From the IMG/VR virus record IMGVR_UViG_3300020044_001984, positions 1-29,404 of that record: a DNA stretch of 29,404 nucleotides. One strand, given 5' to 3'. Each line of letters starts with the position of its first letter. Position 1 is the stretch's first letter. Positions 15,345-24,797 of this stretch are shown in pieces. A program made the translations under genes and the position numbers. Source of the DNA: a virus. Lineage: Duplodnaviria > Caudoviricetes. The notes beneath the pieces were generated by a model, which searched no databases, was not told the origin of the DNA, and saw only the letters and a list, made by a program, of their open reading frames with translations.

Positions 15345-17063
15345 TTAGCCCCTTCTAATCGAACAAGTAGCGGCAGCTTCAATGCCTCTAGATATATCTT
15401 CAGCGTCTTTGACCAGCAGATTATAGCCTTCAAGATCTTTAGCCAGTTCCTTTTCGATACCAAGATTAGCAGCAAGACTATCTGCTTTTTGTATATGATA
15501 CTCGATGTCTGCATCAACAGCGGCTATATCGTCTACTTTAACAGACTTTTCTTCAAGGTATTTAGTTGCAGCAATAGATGATTCCTGATCAGACAAGCGG
15601 TATCGACCAGGCTTATAAGACTGCCTGATAGCTTCCTGCAACCGATTGACATTCTCTGGAGCAATCTCACGCAACATGCTTGTGTCACTGAACCGATTGA
15701 TGTGCGATACGTCAAACGATACATGCTCAGGAGAGTGCTTGGCAGCAGAGACAAACTCAGGTGAAGCATTATCAACCAATGCCCACTTCATCTCATCATT
15801 GACCATGATAGGCACAGCAGAGTAATTGCCCTCCTGCAATGCCAAGATGGAATCTGTTGCCTTCATAGCAGCGCGTTCATTGTCAAACAGGAATACGTTG
15901 CCGCTAGTATCTCTGGCTGGCTGTTCTGGAAACTCCCGGCGTAGAATGAACTGCCCATCAGACTGCTTGGCAATCTCCATGCGCTCATCACTGCGCCGCT
16001 CAATAGTCTTTTGAATCCGTTCTGCTTCTTCAAACGTAGCAAAGACAGTTGGCGCACCATCGTTCTTCAGCGCAATAGCAGTTGTGCGGTTGCCATTGGT
16101 TACATTAGCAGATGGTCCAAATGCGCCGAGTTGCAAGAACGGAGCAGGGTCTGTCGGGTTGATTGGCAGCTTGACCTCAGTGAACGGAGTCATTGATGTG
16201 CTAGTCAACAAACGATCTTTTAACGGAGCAAACTTAGGATCTAGATGCAGGATAGCTTCAACATCAATCTCTTTGCCGCTCATGGCTTGAGAGATGGCGG
16301 TCTTTAACGCTTGCTGCCTAGTAGTAGGATCAAGCATATTGAGCGTTTCGCTCATCTTGCCAGTAGGTTTAGTTACATGTAATGACTCGCCACGGGACAA
16401 AGCATCCCCAATGGCCCCTGCACCCATATGCAACCCGCCGCCAAAGAGACCACCAAAGGCTATGTTCTCTAGAGAATTGGTCATCTTATAGTCGGCTTGC
16501 TCGTAGATAGCAGCACCAGCAATAATTGGCTCGATGACAGCCGCGCCGACCACACCTTCCATTGCACCGACACGACCGCGAACAGCAGCACGACCCAATG
16601 CTCCTGTCGCATTTTCAATCATTGTTGTGTATCTTGTCGCGCCAACAACCGGGATAAACGCAGACGCAATATTTAACGGGTCAATTAAAGACGCGCCTAA
16701 AGCAGTTGCTAATTTTGCCGTAGTTGGAAAGAACCCATCAGGACTACGCGACAACGTATCTTGTATTTGCAGTTCTTTTTTCTTGCGGTCAATCAAGATA
16801 TTTAAGGCTGACTCACGAATCCCTTCCTCTGGAACCGAAAGATCAAACCCATATTGTTTAATAGTTTCCTTGGCATCTGTAGCAGCAATAAGCGGAGAGT
16901 CTTCATTACGATAGGCAGCAAACAATTCTGCTGCACGATAGATTGATGGCACAGGGCTGCGAAGAAATGTTTCTTCTGCCGTTGCTCCAAGTGCAGTTGA
17001 TAGCGCAACTGGTTGCTCTTCAAGGTAGGCTCGTCTATCTGGCAATGAACCTATGTACGGCAT
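15345..17063 (-). CDS. Internal virion protein
   Basis: Start 17063 via TAATG overlap; DPLNIASAFIPVVG and Gly/Ala hydrophobic segments typical of ejected membrane-spanning proteins. Confidence 0.7.
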   Translation of the reverse strand: MPYIGSLPDRRAYLEEQPVALSTALGATAEETFLRSPVPSIYRAAELFAAYRNEDSPLIAATDAKETIKQYGFDLSVPEEGIRESALNILIDRKKKELQIQDTLSRSPDGFFPTTAKLATALGASLIDPLNIASAFIPVVGATRYTTMIENATGALGRAAVRGRVGAMEGVVGAAVIEPIIAGAAIYEQADYKMTNSLENIAFGGLFGGGLHMGAGAIGDALSRGESLHVTKPTGKMSETLNMLDPTTRQQALKTAISQAMSGKEIDVEAILHLDPKFAPLKDRLLTSTSMTPFTEVKLPINPTDPAPFLQLGAFGPSANVTNGNRTTAIALKNDGAPTVFATFEEAERIQKTIERRSDERMEIAKQSDGQFILRREFPEQPARDTSGNVFLFDNERAAMKATDSILALQEGNYSAVPIMVNDEMKWALVDNASPEFVSAAKHSPEHVSFDVSHINRFSDTSMLREIAPENVNRLQEAIRQSYKPGRYRLSDQESSIAATKYLEEKSVKVDDIAAVDADIEYHIQKADSLAANLGIEKELAKDLEGYNLLVKDAEDISRGIEAAATCSIRRG

Positions 17064-19441
17064 TATTTTACCTTTTGCCACTGCGGCAATGGGAGTTTAG
17101 GCGTAGCAGTATATGACTGTTGGCCTGTGTACATTGGCCTTGGTTTCTGGATTGGCTCGGCAAGGTCATTCCATCCCATTTGAAATCTTTTCCCACCGTT
17201 TACTGTAACAATTGAGTTTGACCCATCAAGGAGGATGATGCCTCCCTTTTGGTCAGGATCATTTATCCATCTTCCAGTCTCCTTAATAGAAGCAATATAG
17301 TCAGAACGCTGTTTTTCAACTGGCTGCTGGGTTTTGATTGACATAGCAGATGGAGGCAAATCAATTTCGTATTTGTCCAAATAAAACAACAGTGTATTTG
17401 CAGATTGAGCAATTACGTCTGGTGTTTTTTCTGAACGAGGGATTCTAAACGTGCCATGAAATGTGTATTGAGATCCGACAACTTCATCATAGGCTTTCTT
17501 TACAGCATCCTTTTCGCTTAAGCCGCGCTGTGTATATACAATGCTAAGAGTCCGAACAGCAGATTTATACTGCTCGCTGATTGCCAAGCCATCTTTGTCA
17601 TTCAAAGAATTAGACTCAAACCACGGCTTCATAGTTACGTTAAGACTCTCATTAATGTTTCTGGCAAGCACATGGTCATCCGCCAATAACTTTTTCTGCG
17701 CGTCTTGGCCCTCTTTTGTAGATGCCTTTGCAAGAATTGCGGCAGGGCCAGACTGTCCAAAGCCTTGCATATTGGAAATAACTTCAGCGGTTGGAGGCAG
17801 TTCTTTGCGAAGCTGGTTCATAACATCAGGCCAAGCTGCGCCCCATAGTGCTGCTTTCTCTTGCAGCCATTGTGCCGCATAAGTTCCACCTACACTTTTA
17901 TCTTCCCAGTCTGCAACAAGACTATCTACTTCTGCCTTAGGCAAAATCTTAACAGCAGAACCTGGAAGCCCAAGATAGACTTGTGCATTTTTCATAACCT
18001 CTGCAAAGTTTTCTTTTGCAGCTACACCTTCTTCAAAGGTCATGCCTTCTTTGCGCGTTCTAGCTTCCGCTTCTTTAACTTCTGGCAGCTGCATTGCAAA
18101 TGGTGCTGGATCTTTTTCAAGGATTTGATTCCTCAAACCTATAGCTTTGTCATAAATATCTAGTTTTCTCTTACGGTCAGCAGACTGATCTAATGGCGAA
18201 TCTGCCCATTCTTGAGCAAGTTGTTTGCGCTTTGCAGTTATTTCTTCAAAAGACTTATATTTATTTTCAGTCCATGCTTGATGTGTTTCTACAGCCGTAG
18301 TAATTTGAGACCATATTACTTCTCCACGCGCTGGGTCATTTGCAAATGCTTTATCGTGTTGCTCTTTAGTTGGCAAAATAGTTGGATCTAATATTTTTCC
18401 ACTATCAATAGATGCCATAATATTTGATGACAATGCGCTATATTTTGCACGTTCTCCAGCGAGCGCACGGGTATCTTGTGTTTCAAACTGATGGATGTTG
18501 CTCTTTAAAACATTGGCAATTGACAGCCGTTCATCAGGGTTTGCTGTAAAGAACGCATCAAACTTTTTGCTTTTCAACCCATCGAGGATAGGCTTTAGAT
18601 CATCTTCTGATTTAGCAGTCAGAATCTTTTCGCTGACATAGCTTTTAAACTCAGCTTGCGCCCATACAGGCAGATTCTTCATCGCCTCTTTACGAGCAGC
18701 CTTTGGCAAACTTTTAAATTGATTTTCAGCTTTGGCATAAGCATCATCAATCTGTTGCTGCGTTGTATATACAGATGCATTCCCATCAATATTTGGACCC
18801 TGCAACAACTGGTCACCATTTGCGATGATGAACTTCACATTGTTGCGGTAGGTTTCTTCACCAGCCTCAAGAGCCTTTGCGCCCTGAGCGGCAATAGCAT
18901 CAGCAGTGGCCTTCTTGGATGCAGCAAGAAACATCTTGTTGCCGTGCAATGCAAGATCAGCTTCGACGCTACGGGCCATCACTGGATCAAACTCTTTCAG
19001 TGCGCCAGAGTAGCCCTTAGCCAGAGCATTAACACGAGGAATCACATCATTGGCTGACACTCTACCAGCGGCAATGTCATTCTGGATGCGGCCCATTTCC
19101 AGTTCAGCATCGACTGCTACGTTCTTAGCAGCAATGCGGCTTGCAGCTTGACTAGCAGCCTTACCAAAGTAGGTGCGGGAATCGCCGATAGGTGCAACTG
19201 GTTGGTTAAGTTTACGCGCCTCGGCAATCTGCTCTGGAGATGGAGCGTTCTCAGCACCGTACTTCTCACCTTCAGCAGTTGCTGCAACAGCAGCTTCTTT
19301 AAAAAAGGTTTCAGACATCTTATCAAGAACATGACTGATTGCGTCAATGCCACGAGTTGCTTCCCCGCGACTAGGAAAATCTAGCCCACGAATCCCGCCA
19401 GCAACTTCAACACCAACATTTTGATACCGGGGTAAAGCCAT
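17063..19441 (-). CDS. Internal virion protein
   Basis: 792 aa, helical; MALPRYQ N-terminus; follows the gp14-like gene. Confidence 0.7.
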   Translation of the reverse strand: MALPRYQNVGVEVAGGIRGLDFPSRGEATRGIDAISHVLDKMSETFFKEAAVAATAEGEKYGAENAPSPEQIAEARKLNQPVAPIGDSRTYFGKAASQAASRIAAKNVAVDAELEMGRIQNDIAAGRVSANDVIPRVNALAKGYSGALKEFDPVMARSVEADLALHGNKMFLAASKKATADAIAAQGAKALEAGEETYRNNVKFIIANGDQLLQGPNIDGNASVYTTQQQIDDAYAKAENQFKSLPKAARKEAMKNLPVWAQAEFKSYVSEKILTAKSEDDLKPILDGLKSKKFDAFFTANPDERLSIANVLKSNIHQFETQDTRALAGERAKYSALSSNIMASIDSGKILDPTILPTKEQHDKAFANDPARGEVIWSQITTAVETHQAWTENKYKSFEEITAKRKQLAQEWADSPLDQSADRKRKLDIYDKAIGLRNQILEKDPAPFAMQLPEVKEAEARTRKEGMTFEEGVAAKENFAEVMKNAQVYLGLPGSAVKILPKAEVDSLVADWEDKSVGGTYAAQWLQEKAALWGAAWPDVMNQLRKELPPTAEVISNMQGFGQSGPAAILAKASTKEGQDAQKKLLADDHVLARNINESLNVTMKPWFESNSLNDKDGLAISEQYKSAVRTLSIVYTQRGLSEKDAVKKAYDEVVGSQYTFHGTFRIPRSEKTPDVIAQSANTLLFYLDKYEIDLPPSAMSIKTQQPVEKQRSDYIASIKETGRWINDPDQKGGIILLDGSNSIVTVNGGKRFQMGWNDLAEPIQKPRPMYTGQQSYTATPKLPLPQWQKVK

Positions 19442-19450
19442 TTTGATACC

Positions 19451-20056
19451 TTAAAGAATTGGGTTGTAATAAGAAGACCCACCAACAGATGGGGTCCAAT
19501 TGTTGCTCACGTTTGTACCAGCCAAACTAGTTTCCCCAAACGGCGCACCACCAATAGTTGATGCTGACATCAGGCCAGAGAAGATGCTACCAACTCCTTT
19601 AGCGATACCAGCAGTGTAGGCTTGTTTGCCCATCATGCGATAGATGCCAGCCTGTGCTACACCCTGCTCATGCGCCAATGCTGCATTGGACTGGGTAAGA
19701 TTGAACTCGCCAAAACCCTGACCAAACGCATAGGAAGTAAGGTCGCTTGCCGAGCCAGAGAATGGGTCGACCGAACCAGCACCAGCACGAGCAGCGATTG
19801 CAGCCGCGGTCATGTTCGTTTTTTGCAAAACAGCTACACCCTGCTGTTTGTATTTTAACTCTTCAGCCTGTGCGCGAAGCTGTGCCTGTTTAGCCTGAGC
19901 ATCATACATGGCTTGCTGCTGACCGCCACTAGCAAATGCTCCAACAGCGGAGGCCACTGAGGCGATAGACCCTAGTGCGCTCATAACGCCTGATGTGGCT
20001 GCTACTGCGCTTCCTGAGACCCCTACTGCGGTTAAAAGTGGTGCTGCTAAAAACAT
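19451..20056 (-). CDS. Internal virion protein (T7 gp14-like)
   Basis: Hydrophobic A/G/S N-terminus, Q-rich helix, AGAGSVDPFSGS motif; after tail tube B. Confidence 0.7.
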   Translation of the reverse strand: MFLAAPLLTAVGVSGSAVAATSGVMSALGSIASVASAVGAFASGGQQQAMYDAQAKQAQLRAQAEELKYKQQGVAVLQKTNMTAAAIAARAGAGSVDPFSGSASDLTSYAFGQGFGEFNLTQSNAALAHEQGVAQAGIYRMMGKQAYTAGIAKGVGSIFSGLMSASTIGGAPFGETSLAGTNVSNNWTPSVGGSSYYNPIL

Positions 20057-20057
20057 A

Positions 20058-22037
20058 CTATTGCCCCACGCTAACTTTGTAGTCCAAGAAGAGGAGCGTC
20101 ATCTTCAATGGAATAGGTTGAGTGATAGTGATTACGCCTTCATAGTCAAAGCCAAGCAATGGCCCAACAGTCTTAATCCCGGTGTATTCAGCAACAGGTG
20201 TATCAAAGACCGCGCTATCAAACTTTCTGAACTGAACTTCTTGCCCGGCAATAGAAGCAGATTGGGTCTTATAGAACTCAGCGTTCACCTCAATGATGCG
20301 CTTTTTGAATCCACGAAGGTTCCCGCTCTGGAGCCGCGGCTCGACTGGCATGGTCTGGATCTCGACATCATAGTTCAGTCCAACCTGATAACTGGTCACG
20401 GAAGAACGACTAAATGTCACGACACCAGAACTATTGGCAACCGAATCAGCCAGCACAACACCGTCAGCAATGACCTTACATGTCTTGGCGGAAAGATTGG
20501 CAGCCGTAACAGATGCCGCCGCGCCACCAGAGACTGCATTGTCCAAGGTCAGAGTGTTGTCAAATCGCTCTACAAAGTACTTAGTTGCGCCATTGATAGT
20601 GCGCTGCACGATGGTATAGATGGTATCAACATCCACACCGACAGACTTAAACGAGCCATCAGTGATGAACTCACTCGGGGCAATGACTTGCTGTGACCGC
20701 AACATCGAGAAGCAGACCATCGTACCGTCATCACTATTGATGATCAGCAATTGATCAGACTCATCCGTTGAAGTGGCTCGGCGAATAGCAATGTCCGTAG
20801 GATTCTTCAGCAGATGCGATGACAACAGTGAGATCTTATTAGAGACATAAGCCGCTTGAGTGTCGGTATAGACGAACTCATTGACTGCCTTGCCCTGACG
20901 CTGGATAAAGAGCGTACCAGACTCAAGACCCTGCGGCCTGATTTCCTTCTTACAGCCATTGAGTGTAGCAACCTTGACAAAGAAGTTGCTTGGCGTGATA
21001 GGGTCCATCAGGTTCTGAGGCACATAGAACTCAGCACCAGTGGTAAAGAACTGCAAATCACGACCAGAGTAGGTATGCACGATAGAGTTCAACTGAGCCG
21101 TATCGACCGTTGCCTCAACCGCATCATCGTCTAGGACAGTACCTGGATCAAAATTAAAGTAGTCCCCAACACGGCTACCCCATACAGTAGCAGGGCGAGA
21201 CTTAGAACCGCCAAAGAATAGGCGACCTTGGTGGAACGTAACAGAACGAGGATAGCCTCGTGTAGCGGACCAAACATGCTCATATCCACCCTCGACTTCC
21301 CATTCTCCAGATGCATACGCAGTGGTTTTGCTGAATGGAATAATGGTTTGTGCTGTGACTTTAGTCGTAGAAATATATCCGACAATACGCGCACGACCGT
21401 AACCATAACCATCTTTAATCTGTACATACTGCTCAACATCAGCCGCAGAGAATGTTCCCCCAGATGAGGTCAACTCAATCGTGCCGTCTTTTGCACTGGC
21501 AGTAATAGTCGCTGATGGAGAAGTTAGCGTAATTGTGAACGCATGATTGGGATAATGGTCGATCGTCAGCGCACCAAACGTCCAAGATGCATCAGTTGCA
21601 CCACGAACCAGTTTCTGTGGAGGCAGATCCTCATGCACCAAGATCAGCGTGTCAGCCGACTGCGCCCAGTTAAGGGTAGACAACATAGCTGATGTGATCG
21701 TCGATGCAGCAATGTAGTTGTTTCCAGTGCCATTGATGTTTGTAACCAATGAGCCATTCTTGAACACATAGATACGCTGGTGAGTCAGGGCGAACATGTA
21801 ACTGTCCGACACACTGAACTCGAATGGAATCAAAATAGCACCATCAGATGCATTAGCCGGCAACTCTGAAACATAACGCAGACCAGGACGGCGGCGCACT
21901 CCACCCTGCGGGATCACCGTAACATTGGTGGCCTTCTTCAAAGCAGAGTAATACTGGGCAAGATCAATACGACCGCGAATGAGCGGGTCAACTTCACCGA
22001 CCGAGAAATTAGTCTGGATCTGAATAAGGCGGGACAT
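20058..22037 (-). CDS. Tail tubular protein B / nozzle (T7 gp12-like)
   Basis: QTNFSVGEVDP..GR.D, PQGGVRRRPG, AQSADTL, GYPRSVTFHQGRLFFGG, VWGS.VGDYFNF. Confidence 0.9.
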   Translation of the reverse strand: MSRLIQIQTNFSVGEVDPLIRGRIDLAQYYSALKKATNVTVIPQGGVRRRPGLRYVSELPANASDGAILIPFEFSVSDSYMFALTHQRIYVFKNGSLVTNINGTGNNYIAASTITSAMLSTLNWAQSADTLILVHEDLPPQKLVRGATDASWTFGALTIDHYPNHAFTITLTSPSATITASAKDGTIELTSSGGTFSAADVEQYVQIKDGYGYGRARIVGYISTTKVTAQTIIPFSKTTAYASGEWEVEGGYEHVWSATRGYPRSVTFHQGRLFFGGSKSRPATVWGSRVGDYFNFDPGTVLDDDAVEATVDTAQLNSIVHTYSGRDLQFFTTGAEFYVPQNLMDPITPSNFFVKVATLNGCKKEIRPQGLESGTLFIQRQGKAVNEFVYTDTQAAYVSNKISLLSSHLLKNPTDIAIRRATSTDESDQLLIINSDDGTMVCFSMLRSQQVIAPSEFITDGSFKSVGVDVDTIYTIVQRTINGATKYFVERFDNTLTLDNAVSGGAAASVTAANLSAKTCKVIADGVVLADSVANSSGVVTFSRSSVTSYQVGLNYDVEIQTMPVEPRLQSGNLRGFKKRIIEVNAEFYKTQSASIAGQEVQFRKFDSAVFDTPVAEYTGIKTVGPLLGFDYEGVITITQPIPLKMTLLFLDYKVSVGQ

Positions 22038-22651
22038 TAGAACCTCACGCCAGTTAGACTAAAGTCCTCTATCATCTGGTTAGGTTGGTTAGCACCATCA
22101 ATGTTCATGGCTTGGCGAAGGTAGCCACCACGACCGTTCTCTTGAGGTGTGCCAACAGCAATGGCTTGCCAATACTGACCCTTGGTGAACTGGTCAGTCA
22201 CTGGTTCTGCAAAGTGCCAAGCAAGATAGTACTTCAGAATCTGAACAAAATACGAAGGAAGTCTATCTTCTGGCGTATCGAACTGATAGTCGGCATAACA
22301 TGCGTCATAGTTTGTCAGCACCTTATCCTCAAACACTTCCCATTGAGTGACAGGACGCGCACCGTAAGACGATGAGTTGAACAAAGCGCGAGGGCCGATG
22401 ATCATGTCGCCGGGCAACTGATACTCATACCGCCATTCAGAGACGGGAGTATTCAGAGTGCGAGCGAGTTGAACCTTTTTGAAACTGAACGACCAAGGAT
22501 ACAGGGTCAGGACAAGAATCTTGATGTCGTTGTATAGGCGATCTGCAATCTGTGCAGAGTCAGAGCCGTCACTAAACGACGAAACTGGGGCAGCCCCCAG
22601 CATAAGTAAAGCATCGTTACAGATTGTCAGCTTGGAATCGCCCGATGCCAT
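22037..22651 (-). CDS. Tail tubular protein A / adaptor (T7 gp11-like)
   Basis: ICNDALLMLGA..VSSF, YPWSF, WRYEYQLPGD. Confidence 0.9.
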   Translation of the reverse strand: MASGDSKLTICNDALLMLGAAPVSSFSDGSDSAQIADRLYNDIKILVLTLYPWSFSFKKVQLARTLNTPVSEWRYEYQLPGDMIIGPRALFNSSSYGARPVTQWEVFEDKVLTNYDACYADYQFDTPEDRLPSYFVQILKYYLAWHFAEPVTDQFTKGQYWQAIAVGTPQENGRGGYLRQAMNIDGANQPNQMIEDFSLTGVRF

Positions 22652-22663
22652 TGGTCACCTCAT

Positions 22664-22698
22664 AAGGGGAAAGAGTAGGGAGACTTCTCCCCCTACTC
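22664..22698 (-). terminator. Probable terminator/attenuator after capsid genes
   Basis: Minus strand GAGTAGGG(GG)AGA-AG-TCTCCCTACTC followed by TTTCCCCTT; position analogous to T7 T-phi. Confidence 0.6.
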
Positions 22699-22708
22699 CT
22701 ATAGCATA

Positions 22709-22981
22709 TTAGTCGGTGTCGGTAGCAGAGACAGTCGTGCCGTCTGCAATATCAACAACACCGCTCGAATTGCTGTTCACATAAGTGATAACCAGCGAAG
22801 GAGTTGTGCTGTCGTATACGAAGATAACATCGCCGACTGCCAGCAGGGTCGAAAGGCTGTTGAAGTAACCAGAGGTGTTAATCGTAGCCTGAGTATCCGC
22901 TGACTTGTAGCTGTACAAGGAGGGCGCATTGCCAGCCTTGTTAGCTGCGATGGTATTCCAACCAGTCGATGAAAACGCCAT
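22709..22981 (-). CDS. Small virion protein, probable capsid decoration/cement
   Basis: AGGAG RBS; YKSADT.ATINTSGYFN...L.VGDVI motif; immediately after the MCP. Confidence 0.7.
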   Translation of the reverse strand: MAFSSTGWNTIAANKAGNAPSLYSYKSADTQATINTSGYFNSLSTLLAVGDVIFVYDSTTPSLVITYVNSNSSGVVDIADGTTVSATDTD

Positions 22982-22996
22982 TGTCAATATCTCCTA

Positions 22997-23839
22997 TCAA
23001 GATTCGCGGCAGGTGATTTTGACGATACCTTCATCGTCAATGGCGACCGCACCAGCCGAGAACATGCTGTTCACAAGGAACGAAGTCTTTTCTGGAACGT
23101 AGTTGATCTCAGTCTTCTGAGCCATACCAATACCCATGCCGACTGCATCTTTATGGAAAGCGTAGCAAGTACGATCCAGAGAGCCGTCAATTGGCAGGCC
23201 GCCTTCAGCACGATCACCGAGGGTGATGAACTTGAAGCCGAGGAAGGTATCAATCGAACCCGACACCAGAGCCTGAACCGAGTTGTAGTCGGTCGAGGTG
23301 GTCTGGGTTTCGCCGAGCAGACCTTCGAGACCAGCCGCCGAGATGACCATCACACGGCCTTCAGCAGGCACATTGTACTGGTCGAGCAGCTTCTTAGCGC
23401 GGCGCAGTTTAGCCACGTTAAGGTTCGAGTCCGTTGCACCGATGTCATTCGAGACAGTCAGCGAGGTCGAGGAAGCGGCGAGAGCATCGAGGACCAACTG
23501 ATCCATACGGCGACCGATTGCGTTAGACACAACCTGTACCAGTTCACGGCGTTCATCGAAGTTCACTTTAGCCTGATGGAAGATGTCGCTATATTCAGCG
23601 GCATTGTAGTCAGACAAAGTAGCGGTAACCTGAGAATAGGTCACGTTCAGTGGGGTAACGTCAGACTGGGGGATACGGATCGTAGCCGAACCTTTACCAA
23701 TCTTTGGGAACTTAACGGTAGAACCTTCAACACCGTTGCGCTCGCGGACCAGACCAGCCAAGGCGCGTTGTGCCTGGAAAGCCTGTTTTACTTCCGCGTC
23801 GAACAGCGTAACAAAGGCGTTTGAGATGCCCTGAGCCAT
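22997..23839 (-). CDS. Major capsid protein
   Basis: FVTLFDAEVKQAFQ, GSTVKFPKIG, AIGRRMDQLVLDAL, G.IDTFLGFKF, EINYVPEK; strong AAGGAG RBS; after scaffold. Confidence 0.92.
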   Translation of the reverse strand: MAQGISNAFVTLFDAEVKQAFQAQRALAGLVRERNGVEGSTVKFPKIGKGSATIRIPQSDVTPLNVTYSQVTATLSDYNAAEYSDIFHQAKVNFDERRELVQVVSNAIGRRMDQLVLDALAASSTSLTVSNDIGATDSNLNVAKLRRAKKLLDQYNVPAEGRVMVISAAGLEGLLGETQTTSTDYNSVQALVSGSIDTFLGFKFITLGDRAEGGLPIDGSLDRTCYAFHKDAVGMGIGMAQKTEINYVPEKTSFLVNSMFSAGAVAIDDEGIVKITCRES

Positions 23840-23878
23840 CTGTATCTCCTTGAGTTGTTAATCGCTTTACGGTTAAAC

Positions 23879-23905
23879 GCCGAGGTTGTCCTAGTGGGCC
23901 GCGAC
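23879..23905 (-). promoter_or_regulatory. Capsid-leader RNA hairpin with C/ACAA internal loop (motif copy 3)
   Basis: mRNA GUCG-C-GG[C]CC(ACUA)GG[ACAA]CC-U-CGGC. Confidence 0.65.
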
Positions 23906-23932
23906 TTGAGTGTAAGGTCTCCACCTTTTATA

Positions 23933-23958
23933 CCCGGCTATCTAGGATAGTTATCAGG
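23933..23958 (-). promoter_or_regulatory. Capsid-leader RNA hairpin with AUAA/C internal loop (motif copy 2, flipped)
   Basis: mRNA CCUG[AUAA]CUAUC(CUA)GAUAG[C]CGGG. Confidence 0.6.
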
Positions 23959-23965
23959 CAGACAG

Positions 23966-23995
23966 AATATAATCCCATCTGCCTAATTTTGTCAA
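23966..23995 (-). promoter_or_regulatory. Putative sigma70-type capsid promoter overlapped by an inverted repeat
   Basis: TTGACA (23995-23990), 18 bp, TATATT (23971-23966). Inverted repeat AGGCAGAT...GTCTGCCT spans 23956-23984. Confidence 0.6.
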
Positions 23996-23996
23996 A

Positions 23997-24797
23997 TCAA
24001 CCGAATGCTTTCTGGAAAAGCGTCTCGACTTGGCGTGTATAGTTCTTGTCTTTACCGTACCGTTCGTCGCCGACCATTGCGTAGAGATCATCTTTGGACG
24101 GCATACCTTCAGACGCGGACACACCAGATGTTGGGATAGCCATTTCGCCAGATGCCTGACGGATCTTGTTCATAGCAGATACAAAATCAGCACTGGTCGA
24201 TGCACGGGCAATGGCATTGGTCTCTGCTTCACTCAACACAGAGCGAGACAGTTTGCCAAGCCACTGGTTATTGGCTTGAATAATGTCATTCGCGCGTGGA
24301 CCAAGTTTCTTAACCTCGGCCTCGCGGTTTACTTTAACATTGTCAAACGCTGCACCAGCTTCTTCCAGATAGATCTTGGCAAGTTCCTCAAATGATTCTT
24401 GAGAGATTCCAAGTTCTTTAGATTTGCTGACATACTTCTGAAGAAGGTCATCACCCTCTTCAACACCGATAGACTTAAAGACTTCCAGATCGTACTTACC
24501 ATCTGCTGGAGCCTTATGCTTGCCCTGCGACATCTTAGTCCGCAGTTCCTTATAAGCAGTTGCCAGCTTCTCAACATCTGGACCTTCCTTTTCGTCCCAA
24601 AACTGTTCTGGGAAAAAGTCTGGGCGCACCCATTCCTCTTCTTCAGTATCCGTAGTGTCCTCTGCGGTAGGCGCGTTAGGATCTACTTCTTTGTGGGAAA
24701 CAGTTACCTCATCAGGCTTTGCTTCCTCGGTAGTTGCCGTTAACAGGCTCTGGTTGTCGCTGTCATCAGCGGCCTGAGTTGTCTGTTCTTCTGTCAT
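23997..24797 (-). CDS. Capsid scaffolding protein
   Basis: Acidic N-terminus, RPDFFPEQFWD, LATAYKELRTKM, helical body; lies between portal and MCP. Confidence 0.85.
   Translation of the reverse strand: MTEEQTTQAADDSDNQSLLTATTEEAKPDEVTVSHKEVDPNAPTAEDTTDTEEEEWVRPDFFPEQFWDEKEGPDVEKLATAYKELRTKMSQGKHKAPADGKYDLEVFKSIGVEEGDDLLQKYVSKSKELGISQESFEELAKIYLEEAGAAFDNVKVNREAEVKKLGPRANDIIQANNQWLGKLSRSVLSEAETNAIARASTSADFVSAMNKIRQASGEMAIPTSGVSASEGMPSKDDLYAMVGDERYGKDKNYTRQVETLFQKAFG
24748..24778 (-). promoter_or_regulatory. RNA hairpin with C/ACAA internal loop in scaffold codons 7-17 (motif copy 1)
   Basis: mRNA CUC-A-GG[C]CGCUG(AUGA)CAGCG[ACAA]CC-A-GAG, beginning at nt +20 of the ORF. Confidence 0.65.

Noticed and set aside
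22709-23839. MCP and the downstream decoration gene are in the same frame (possible read-through capsid extension like T7 10B)
   Set aside because: They are separated by tandem stops TGA TAG, the downstream gene has its own AGGAG RBS, and no slippery site was seen.
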